Origin: Phallusia mammillata | Lineage: Eukaryota | Length of the DNA stretch: 64,000 nucleotides | Assembly (NCBI GenBank): GCA_965637545.1 | Contig: OZ281496.1 | Span: 22,320,001-22,384,000 of the forward strand | Direction of reading: 5' to 3' | Shown: piece by piece, positions 26,481-37,800 of the stretch | Layout of the letters: each line of letters opens with the position of its first letter | Numbering within the stretch: position 1 is the stretch's first letter | Program-made: the position numbers and the translations under genes | Notes under the pieces: model-generated | What the model was told of the DNA's origin: nothing | The model's database searches: none | What the model saw: the letters and a program-made list of their open reading frames with translations, nothing else

Positions 26481-26656
26481 TAATGGTAAAAATAACGGCC
26501 CAAATAGACGTAAAAAGCGACATGCTTTATTGTTCAAACGTTTCGGCAAATGCTCATGCCATCATCAGTGATATGAAGGCCACATCAATTGCACCCATTT
26601 ATATACACTTTAGTCGCATAAAAGAATGAAACTTATGAACAGATCCGTATATAGTG
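26481..26656 (-). mobile_element. Penelope-like element pseudo-LTR remnant (intact hammerhead copy)
   Basis: Dispersed repeat, also at 18571-18633 and 51078-51199. Hammerhead core followed by AATAAA, an arrangement established for PLE termini. Confidence 0.6.
26534..26571 (-). ncRNA. Minimal type I hammerhead ribozyme (PLE type)
   Basis: Minus strand reads TCA-CTGATGA-T-GGCA-tgagcatt-TGCC-GAA-ACGT-T-TGA: complete core, 4-bp stem II, palindromic ACGT stem III, 3-bp stem I and a GUU cleavage triplet. Confidence 0.62.
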
Positions 26657-27793
26657 ATATAATCTCTTGTGCCAGTCCCAAATTCCCAAATTGACATGAA
26701 ATCAAATTCTTCCTGTGTCTGGTGATGTCGAAAGTTTGATAAATGAGATCAAGACAGCAAAGGCCATAGAAACACAGAATAAATGTTTGTTTTTACTGTG
26801 CAAACTCATGTCAATACTAGACACTAACTCCCTGTTTACTTACTGTGTGTAAACTTTTGCAGGTAGTATAAGTTCTTTATTGCGTCTTTGTCGATGGGAG
26901 TTACAGTAGAACTGAAAAAGCATGCAGTCTAAAGCGAAAATCACAAAAACACAAATCAGCTGAACACTAACTGTTATATCATGTACCAAAGGGTTTTTAG
27001 GCCATACCCCCTTGGTCCGTTGTATTGCAAACAATTACAGAGGCACAGATCACACACACTCATATATATATTTAATGTGTAAAATCGTATCTATACAACT
27101 GTTGTATATTGAGGTAGGTGTCAATATAACAACACTGCTGCCTGTGTATGTGGGTGATAATACTGTAGAGATTGCGTTTGCCCTATACCAACGGTTTACA
27201 ATAAATGTTTGTATCAAATTGGCGAAAACGTTGTTTCTCAAACAAGTTGGAAGCACGTGTTTAAGGCAATTATGTAAACACAACTCTTTTTAAAAAAACA
27301 AACAATTAAACATAGCGGTTTTTTTTTCTAATTGTTGCTAATTTTTATTCTGATTTGTTTGAAGAACTGATTAAATATATAGGTCCGTTTAAATTTTCTC
27401 TGTAATAATGTATTTTGGTAAAATGTTGCATGTGTGTTGTTTATAGCTCATTTTGGAAGCCCTGGAACTTTACGGCGGAACTAAACATGGAATTGTGAAG
27501 TGAAAGCCTGTTACACTACAGAACTGAATAAAGTGGCAAGTCAATTTGGAATTGGAACAAACAACATAATACGAACTATAGGTAAGTGAACTTTTTTGTT
27601 ATGTCGCAGGCATGTGGTGCTGGGGCTGTGTACCTGTTACTAAACCTAATGCACGATCATTCCGAAACACTATAAAACTGTCAGACTAAGACAAAACTGA
27701 TACGATCAAGGAAGGTAAAATGCAAGGTACAGTAGCAAACATGGCAATGCGCAAAGGTTGAACTTAACATTGACTTCGGGTGACAATATCGAG

Positions 27794-28653
27794 TTAGAGG
27801 TGGGTTAGACGTTGCAAATGGTTGTGTGACATTAAAGTCCCATTGCTTGCCGACTTCTCATAGAGGGCGCGGCTGTTGGCCTCGCCTATGCCATGACCTG
27901 AATACCCGGTCAGTGAGTAATCAATGGGTATTGCTTTGTCGCTTGACATACCCGAGCACGATGACAGGTACTCGAGATCAGGTGCAGAACTGTAATAGGC
28001 AAACTGCAGGAGTTGTGGCGGTAGGTTGCGTTGGTTTCTATGCGAAAACGGATGAACTGTGTGTATGGCCATGTCTTGCGACCTTCCGCTGTGCATGTAA
28101 TCGGTAAAGGTGGGAATATGGCGGTGTTGGTAACCTACGGAGCTTGGAACGCCTCCTTGCGACTGGTTAGAAACACGAATAGTTCTTCCATCTTCCGGTA
28201 ACGAGCGCGTTCGATCAACTTTTTCGCGTTGACCGTAACTTTGATCTGTTTGTCCTGACATACTAGTACCCTCTGATACATGGAAGCCATTGTGCTTCGG
28301 GTATTCATTAAATCCATTCCCGATCTCACCGCTTGCCTGACGCCTATGCTGATAGAACCCATTGTTTTGATTATGAATTTGGCTACGGTCACAAGGGGCT
28401 ACAGGAGCTCCGGTGGAGGTATTGCCAATATTGTTAATCTGTCTGTCTTTTGCCACCATTGAAGATGCGTTGTTCCCTTCGCCTCCATACATTGACTTCA
28501 TGCCTGGTGGTGTAGAGGCGTTACTCGCGCTGGATGACGGCGAACGGGTAAGTGATGCCGCTCCCGCATGGTGGTGCAACTGAGTAGGGTTGTGACGTCC
28601 AGGCATTGGTGCCGATGAAACAAAGGACTGCAACCGTTGAGTGGGGGACAAAA
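27794..28653 (-). CDS. Hox3: Hox3 coding exon 5 (C-terminal tail)
   Basis: Long, GC-richer open frame rich in Ser/Gly/His/Gln/Tyr. Phase-1 acceptor gatttag|TT fits the exon 4 donor. TAA at 27794-27796. Confidence 0.78.
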
Positions 28654-31600
28654 CTAAATCAAAGTGTTATACTTTAACAAGTGTATTTTAAGTTCACGGC
28701 CAAGATCTTAGATGAGTTTATTGGTTCATAACTTCCTATTGCGACCTAGCACTGAAATATGTTCACAAAAATTACTTCATGACAGACAAATCACTACCCC
28801 CACACTGCACCATTAAACATCTTTTTTTAGGTTGGGATGTGTTGATTGTCGCATGTTTGTTTGAAGATACATCAACAATTAAATATCGAAAGAAAAATGT
28901 GAAAAACTTGACCTTTTAAAAGTTAAAAACAACTTTTTTAATGAACCTTGCGTTGCTTTGATGTTTAACACAAATCAGGTATTACATGCTAGTTTTTGAC
29001 TAACTGTTGTTTTGAACATCGCATTGCTCCTGTTGTTCGCTCGGGTAAAGTGAGTTGTTCATCACCACTTCGCTTCCCTTGCTCATGTTTCCGGTGTAAG
29101 TTGATGCCGAATTTTTACCACATACATCGTCTAGATGTCAGAAATGTCAGTTTTACACTCAAACTAAACTTTTGTAGTCGGAATGACACGCGAAACAATC
29201 ATATGACAACAGTTTTAGCAGGTTATTATTTTGCTTAGCCCTTTATCAAATATATTTCTTTTTTGTTTTTGGTTCTTGTATTTAATATAGTGTCAACTTG
29301 ATACTAGAATTTTGAAGTTACCTTTCAAGAAAATAAACAAAATTATGAGATATACCAAAAAATGGATTTTGTTTTTCATATAAATACTCACACATTGTTG
29401 GGATTTAACTCTACAAGGTTAGGCAGAAATTTACTTTTAAACTTAAGAAAATGAAATCATATGGTTTGGGCATCGCATTTTCTTTTTTACTGAAGCGGAA
29501 GCGTTCTTCACTGAAGCATTCATAGTGCTATGTATTATGTTACCTTGGAAATGCATGGGAGGGTGGTGGTGGTGCCTCATGTAGCTTCCTGGATAGTGGT
29601 GTTGGTGGCCTTGCGATCCTATCAGCATTCCGTGGTTATTGGTAACGTCACTAGTTCGATGTGCTGCTATCATTTTTTGCTTTTGCTCTTTCTTGAATTT
29701 CATTCGGCGGTTTTGAAACCAAATCTTGATTTGCCTGTGTGGAAACATACATATAGCTTATGAAATCCATTTCATTCTCTCAGTGTTGTGTCCTTAGCAT
29801 TGCTCAATTTAAGGAAAAAGTGATTTGTGGTTTTTCTGCTCCAGGTGCACTTGAGGTGTTTGTTATCAACAAAAGTGTTGTGTAAACATTCAGAGCCTTC
29901 AAAGGGAGCCTAATATGGTAAGGGTAGTTGATGTGGAAGTTGTTTACAGAAAATTATTTTGTTTGCTGGTGCAACATTTTGTTTTTATTATACTCAACAA
30001 CATTATCCAGACAAAACAAAATCCGAACGAAGCTAATTTGGTAATGTGGAAATTTTTTACAGAAAAATGTGTTGCTTGCTGATGCAACATCTTGTTTTTA
30101 AACACCCAACAACAATGCCCAAACGAAACTAATTTGGTAAAAAGATGCGCCAAGACATTTGTAACATATATTGAACTACAGTTTCCAAGACTACTTTTTG
30201 TAGTAGTACTCAAACTTTTTCACAAAACAAGATCAAAATTAAAGGCACAACAACATTTTACGCCTGATTTATCGTTGATTATTTTAACTTTACCTTTGGT
30301 TTTGTGTGGAATTGATAATCGCAGAGCAATAACATCACATTCAGGCTAATAGATTTGACTATTCTATGACTGACAGCCAGTATTGAAAAACGTCTGTCGC
30401 TTTAAAATAACATTACAAACCCATAGCGATGTAACATGGCGAGTTATATAAACATTACCCTCCTGGGTTCATTCTTCAACCACCTAATCCTGACTAAATA
30501 CCAGTAGGCTCACGTATTTTTTTAATTCAATGAACCTGAATTGAACTGGATTGTTTACTTAAAAAATATTTAAATATTTAACTAAACTTCAATACGGCAT
30601 TTAGAAAATTTTCAATCAAATTATGGTGCATTAAAAACAATTTATGGATAATTCTATGAACGTTAAATAAAACCTGACAACCCTTAATAAAAAAGTTCAT
30701 AACATTTTATGTCAAATTTTAATAGAGAAAGAAACCTGTTGGTTTAGTTTCTATCTGACACTGCGCTTTGGATTAAAGATAACCAACCTTTCAGTTAGGC
30801 CTAAAACTTGGGCCAGCTCGATTCTCCTTGGTCGGCAAAGGTAGTGACTGTAGTGGAACTCCTTCTCAAGTTCAACTAGTTGAGAGTTTGTGTACGCCGT
30901 TCTCTCCCGTTTGTTGCCAGACAGGTTCTTGTCATCGTCTGCTACAAAATCAACGCAAGTAATGAAACCTTTGGTACGAAATTAAAAGAAGTCCAATGAA
31001 AAAAAATAGCTTTGGTGTTTTTTCCACAGTGATACAAGTTTCTGGTTAATCTTTGGGCAAATTCTGTGGAAAATGCCTAATTTAATTTAAGGGCAGGCAC
31101 CGAAATATTTAAAATGAACTTTATTACCGCAAAAAATGCGCTTTATTGTTGTTTAGTGGTATCAGCCAGTTTATGTGCTTTGTGACAACCAGTAATTACT
31201 GCACATGAAGGAAAAATCCGGTCACAAAAATTTTCTGGGACAAGTATTAGAGGAAATATTTATTTCCTATTCCTCCCAAAAAGCACAGCCGCCTTTTTAC
31301 AGCGATGTGATTACAATAGATTTTCTGTCTGTATGTTTACAATCCTGTGAGCTGCTTGAACACGCGAGAGCTGTATCATCGATTGTACCGTCTACAACCG
31401 TAACTGAAACAGTATCTTGTGCTTTTGCTTAGTTGATTATTGTAAGACGATAGCTAATAAACCAATGGATCTTTTAACGACCATTTTAGCAGTTTTACTT
31501 GAAATTTTTTTAGAAATCTGTCCCGTTTAACAGTACAGTATTCATATTATGCAACATATCAGGCATTGAATAGAAACATTTTTCTCACAAATAAGACTGT

Positions 31601-34600
31601 TTTTAAAACTGAATATGTGGTATAAAAAAATAAATAAATTGACTGGTGCTGTTAAGTTATTTATTCGTTTTAAAATTTCGTTATGGTAGCAGTCACAAAA
31701 AAAACTTGTGCACAAATATCAGTCAAATGGTAAATGTTTGTCAACTCCAGTTTTTCAATTTGCAGAACTTGACTGAGAGTTTCTAATAGTAATTGAATCA
31801 TTCCTTTAAAAGTGGCAAAGTGAACAATCGCGCTTTGCCGTGCGATATTATACGGTTAATAAACGTTGCAGCGATACCCAGGTGCGATGTACCACTTCAA
31901 ACGCAGAGCTGTAAACAAATATAAGGCGAAGTTTGCGACCAACACAAACAACGGCGGAAAGCGTGGAATCAACGGCGTGTTCAAGCGCCAGCCTCATCTA
32001 CACAGTGCCAGCATTTACGCCCCTGGCAAATTTTTGTGCGGGCACGTCACATTGACAGCCAGATGGCATAGGTAGGATTTAGCCACAGACTTAACTTGTC
32101 AAACTTGTAACATTTATTGACAACTTTGCCTGATTTTGTCACATTCCATTTGGTGTTGTTTTTCTGTCTGTGTCATTGGGTTTATTTTTCTGTCAACATT
32201 TTTAAACATACTATTGCAATTGACCCAGCTTTGGTAAGCCATGTTTGTCTTTGACCAATCTATGACAGGCTATTTTTAATCATACTTTGACCACGTTGAA
32301 TTATGTTTGAAATTCCTCATACCCTTTTCTTCACCACCCGGTTTTCTTAACCCCTTACCTTTCTTGAAAAAAAAAACAGCAATTTACAGTACTTCAATTG
32401 TGACAGGTGTTGCTAATAATTGACGATCGACCACCCTTAAGTAGCACGAAAAATCCCAAAATAGAATCTGAATTATCGCATACTTTGTGGCAATAGTTCC
32501 AAACCTATATCAGTGAGATTAAGCTTAAATCGTGTTTTCAATCTAAACATCTTAAAATTGCACTAGCCAGATACATTATAACGTTCGCCTCGCCCATGGA
32601 ATCGTTTGTTGTCACAGAAAATTTGACACCACACCACGGATTCTCTAGTGTTCTTTTCAGCAGGCTCTTTCTAATTGGAAGTACTGGTTGCTGTTAATCC
32701 ATCTAGCCTCAATGTTGCGAATTTCCTAGAAGCGTAGTTTTGTTTATTGAATGGTTCTATGTGGTCCTACGCACAGAAACACTCATTTGTTTGTTGTTAT
32801 GCCTAGGTGGCATTTTCAAAACTAAAGGTATGCTCTTTTGGATAAATACAACCATTTGCCACATTGACGACCATTTCCTGCAATTAGATTGTGACTAAAA
32901 CCCAACGTAGGTAAATCTTTTTGGTGTTTAACTACCCATTGTGAAATTTTCACTCGCTTTGTTTTAATATTTTGCATTACATACCTAAATTTAAAACAGT
33001 TACATTGGTTAGATTTTTCAAACATTTATTTAAGTTGGAAACTTGTTTCAAAGTAAACATTTCGCAAAACTAGACACCTATAAATAAAATTAAAAGCTGA
33101 TCATGTTCCGGTATTCAAACAGCAAACATTAACCATTAAAAATGTAGGACACCTGTTTAACATGAACATAAGTTTAACATGTTTAATTGTTCCTTCAGGT
33201 TTATCATAAGCTTTTATTTGCATGCTTTTATGAATATTTTTTTACTATCATACGAAACTCTTGTTTAACAATCGTTTATGGGACATAGACCTTCAGCGAG
33301 GTTTGGCATCAAGAATCAAAAAAATCAATCAGCAAAATTAGAACAAATGCCATACTAAATCTCTTTCAGAAAACCGCTTCAAAACTAAGTTACAAAATTT
33401 GTTTGTTAAACATTTTAGCTGTAGGTTTCATAACCACAAAGCATCATAACGTACACATTTTTTGATAGCGCAAAAATATAGACCTTGCACTGAAAAATAC
33501 TTAATTATTATTTTTTTACTTCATACAAACATAAAACAACAAAACTATCATATTTGTTTACATCCTACCTGTTGGTGTAACGGCCGTTATTCCTTTCTTT
33601 TTCTGATTTTGTCGCGATTCCTTCATCCAAGGAAAGATTGTTGATTTCAGTCCTGGGTCTTTGCCGCCATTTTCTTTTATTCCGCTGCGGCGTTTCTGTA
33701 ACTTTTCGTTGTCCGAATCTTTCTCGCACTGCAGCTGACGAGAAGAAACAACCATTGAGTCCATTTGTCCGTGACTTTGCTGATTGTTTTTCTTCGCTTG
33801 ACCACTGTCGGACAAACCGTTGAAAGTGTCCACAGTCATTGGTTCGTGCGCGCTTTCACCGACGGGAATTTGCTCATCGGTTTGCGGCGAACTTGTCATT
33901 TCGTTGCCGGGCGAGCTGTCAGTACCTGGCGTAGCTGTAAGTGGCCTGTCTTGAGGCGACATGAACCTTGAACCTGCAAGTGGCAAAAGCACACTGCTAT
34001 TAACTCCACGACCTGATTGTTGTTGCTCACACCTGGACTCCGTAGTGAAGTGTGGCGCGTTTTAAGTCAATCAAGCAATCACATGTGCCAGTTTTAGCTG
34101 CTATGGCTGAGCCTTTTCTGAAAAGGCTTGTGGTATTTGAGCGGATTTTGATTTTTTTCAGACACGAGAAGACACATTTAGCCCGGGGCTCTGTAAACTA
34201 AATTTACTTTGTATCATTTGATGAACACCAATCATCAGAACCAAACCAGTAACCCTGTTTTATAGGCGTCCATTTTTACAAAACGTTTTTTCATAGACGA
34301 CATTAGCTCGACTTACAAAATGCTTGCTTACCTTGTGAGTAGACGCAGTCATCATTGAGCAGTATATCCAAACTGTTGTTGCACGATTCATCGTTATAAT
34401 CTCCGTGAGCAACTTCATTTCTCCTCAGCTCGTCATCTGTACCCATCCTGCCCTGCTGATCATTGTACGAATCACCGCTTGTGGCTCTATTATTTTCAAG
34501 ATACAAAAGTTTGCTGGCGAAACCTCGGTCGTTGGTGATCCTTTCGTCGCGCGCAGGGCATTCAGCAGTTTGTTTTGTCGCATGACAGACCTTATCTAAG

Positions 34601-34842
34601 GCTGACTTCTGTTGAAGGCAAGGGTTGACGTTGATTGCCTGGGCCGTGCTTACTGATCCGTGTCCGGTACCGTCACTCTCACTGGAATCGCCTGGCTTCG
34701 GCAGTCTCGCAAACACCGCCGTCAGTGCCCCTGTGCTGTCTGGGCAACAAGATTGATCGAGTATTTCGGAATGCCGTCCTTCGCTACTGGGTCGCGTTTG
34801 CGAGAAAACACCATTGCGCGAGTCAGCTGGATTTGAATGCAT
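27794..34842 (-). CDS. Hox3: Homeobox protein Hox3 (PG3), spliced CDS join(34842..34332,33973..33569,30941..30788,29734..29544,28653..27794), 706 aa
   Basis: Hexapeptide [10 protein letters not shown] is PG3-typical. Homeodomain [60 protein letters not shown]. Exons of 511+405+154+191+860 nt total 2121 nt, phases 1,1,2,1. The exon 4/5 junction is the least certain. Confidence 0.92.
29544..29734 (-). CDS. Hox3: Hox3 coding exon 4 (helix 3, His-rich segment)
   Basis: Acceptor tccacacag|G CAA ATC gives [18 protein letters not shown]. Probable donor CAA G|gtaaca. Confidence 0.85.
29965..30140. repeat. Imperfect local direct duplication in Hox3 intron 3
   Basis: GCAACAT.TTGTTTTTA...CAACAACA...AACGAA.CTAATTTGGTAA occurs twice (about 29971 and 30084). 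Confidence 0.55.
30531..30547 (-). promoter_or_regulatory. Consensus DR5 retinoic acid response element candidate (Hox3 intron 3)
   Basis: AGTTCA attca GGTTCA on the minus strand. Confidence 0.5.
30788..30941 (-). CDS. Hox3: Hox3 coding exon 3 (homeodomain helices 1-2), missed by the ORF track
   Basis: Acceptor ttttgtag|CA. Translates (A)[16 protein letters not shown]...LGLTE(R). Donor AG|gttggt. Confidence 0.95.
33569..33973 (-). CDS. Hox3: Hox3 coding exon 2 (hexapeptide)
   Basis: Acceptor cttgcag|GT, contains FPWMKESRQ, donor ACA G|gtagg. 405 nt, phase 1-1. Confidence 0.92.
34332..34842 (-). CDS. Hox3: Hox3 coding exon 1
   Basis: ACCATCATG start with an in-frame stop just upstream. Donor CAA G|gtaag (phase 1) matches the exon 2 acceptor. 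Confidence 0.8.
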
Positions 34843-37800
34843 GATGGTTTTCGCTTAAACCAAGCACAGGTTGTCTGAAACCTTCAAAATACTGTAAACT
34901 TCTGTTTCAGTCTGTGTGAACTGAACTGCAACGCTTTTAGCAGTTCAATTGCTGTGGCGCGGTATCTGCGAATCCTGTACGACGCGCAACGCAGACTGAA
35001 TCCAGTCACAAGCTGATTTTTGTTTGCTCGATATTCGATGTTTTCATGCCACCCAGCATTTACATTAATTTGAACTTTCTGCCGGCGTCGGTTGCTGCAA
35101 TTCCCGGTGGTACTGAACGCAGCCTTGATTTGTTCACGTGGATGGTTGACTGGAACAGCCGCATTGACGTATCTTCCTTCTCGTACGCTACACAACAAAG
35201 TAGTGATGTTTGAAATCGGTGACAACCGGCCACTTCAGTGCGTTTCAAGGCCGAAGAGTAGGGTTAAGGGGCAGTTTTGCCAACCTCATTTTCGAAGGTA
35301 GCTGTTAAGTTAATGGAGTTTGTCTGTCGCTTATTTGAACCGCGGTTGACTGGATTCAAAATTGAATAAATAAAGTGCGTTCCCAGTTAAGTTTGTTTTT
35401 CTCGGGTCATTGTTTTTCTCGGCTTTTCCCAAACCATATTTAACAATTTTTATTAGGTAAACGCAGTACATTTTTCATTTTTTTAGGCAAATCTTTTTTT
35501 GTGTGTGAGTTTGTTTATACCAGTGTCATGCCGCTCTGCATTTCGGACTATCAAACTTTCAAGATGCAAAAGTTTGTGCTTCAAACTGAAATGACCAAAA
35601 AATATTTTAACATTTTGCATACAGTGGCAAAAACTTTGGTAAATGAATGACAAGCAAAATGAGAATTTTAACGCGGTCAGAATCTTCTTTAGAATTGATC
35701 ATATCAGTGCACTTACATCAGCAGCGACCGCAACGTATCTCCGGATGCTATCATTTTTCAATGACAAAACTGTTGCAGCTTAACGAGCAAAGTGATTTGC
35801 CAGACCACACAAATAATACCTACGTCATACGAAATACCTTTTAACCTTCGCTTTTTGTATGATTGATGTATTGTGAGTTTCTACACCAATCTAATTTGCC
35901 TGATAAAATTTGTATTGTTACTGTGGGATTATTATACAAAGCAATGCTTTTTCTTCAATATTTTCTTGGCTAATCCAAGCAATTAAGGGAATGATAGGGT
36001 TTATTTGACATGAGTTTATATTTTGGTCGATTTTTCTGTTTTTATGTTGTTGTCGTGATTGCAACAGCATATATGTTAGAAAAGAAAATTTAAAATTTTC
36101 CCATGACAACCTGTATTTCTGCACGAAAATAAGTTCCTGCCCGGTGGCATTTACCAGGGCATCGTGTTACCACTGGTGGCCATCATACGCTGTAATCACG
36201 CACCCAAGCACAATTTTCTTGTCGCCAGAGAACTCAAATTCGGGGTTCTGTCACCGTATTGCGTGCATATAAGTACAGCAGACTTGGGGTTTTGTCTATA
36301 CGTAAACAGGATCGTTGCTACCACCGGGGTAAGCACACGCGTGGTCAAGCAACGTAAATGTTTGTCAAACTGGACACGTTAATAGCCTGCAAATGGACCA
36401 ATCGTCCTTTGGGCGACTCTACCGGATCTTTTCGAGACCACTAAATGCTTTAACGCTGTTTGGGGCCAAACACTTTAAGTTTGTGAAACATTTTTTTGCA
36501 TTAACGGCACTTTGATTTGAGTGTGCGTGCGGTAGGTGGTTCGTTAGGCATGGTACTGTACTTAACACGATGGACAATAAAAGATATTGAAAAACCGTCG
36601 GTCACAGAGAACATTTTTTTGATAAAATACAAAACTTTTCTCATGATTGAAATTTAAATTGCTAATGTCAGATTTTATTTTGCTTTGTTACAAATACTGA
36701 TCCACTTTAAAGCTTTTAGGAAGATTCTGGTCACACTTTATTAGTTAATTAAATGTATAGCCGTGGAAAATATTTAATGACACCCTAAACTGTGCCCTTT
36801 CAGAATTATTTGTTGGTCGGATTACCATATTATTATTTTTTCTATTTTTGCAATCTGGAGCAGGTTATTACATAAAGTTTGAATATATTTTCGGATTGTG
36901 GCACAGTCATCCAATTGCAACAACGTATCAGACTAACGATGATTTTAGCCTTCATAGCATTGTTGCTGCCTGTCTGTTCTAAGGCGATCATGCCGGATTA
37001 GTGTGTTTGCCTGTTGTCGAATTCGCCCAGGTGTTCTCCGTCTATGTGACAAATACCGAGCTCTTAATCAGCTTGCCCCACAGCAAGCAACACTGTCGGT
37101 TACAACAGAGTAGACGCTGTTGGCGGTCCCGCCGTTTATTATGTATTTTAAATAGGCCTGTTTTAAAGGAGCAAGTTACGCAACAATCCCGAGAAAACGA
37201 AACCGACTTTACCTTACGCTGCATGTTGTCATCTTTGACTTGTAGTTTATTCTGCAAGATAATCCCATGGTGCATACAAAGCACTGGAAAAAAGTTCAGC
37301 CTTGCTGTGTATTTATTTATTTTATTTTATACACACTTAGTGGAAAATTAAAAGTTAATACTAAGCACTTGTATCGTTCTACAAAAGACAGCGAGGTTAA
37401 AGTCAAAAACAAAATGGCGCTCTTTACTTTTTGAAGTCAAAAGTCTGCTGACCAAGCTGAAGACCACAAAACGTCTGTGACTTTGACCAAAAAATATGTG
37501 GAGACTGACGATGTTGTTTCTGTCACTAAATCTGCAATAATTTATTTCTGCACCTGTTTACCTCAAAAATAAAACTCTTTGCTGAGAATAATTCTCGAAT
37601 CGGCCAGCAAATTAATTTAATTTCCACACCCTTGGTTCAGTGATAACTGCAAAAAAGTTGACTTTGAATCACTTTGAAAACGTGTCTTTTTGAGCAAGCC
37701 CCACCCAGCTAATACCTCACAAGCATCTAACCAACTTGACCTGAGTTGCTGCATCGCCTAGTGGCGCACTTTTTGGGGGTTCGAATTTGGGGCCTTTTGT

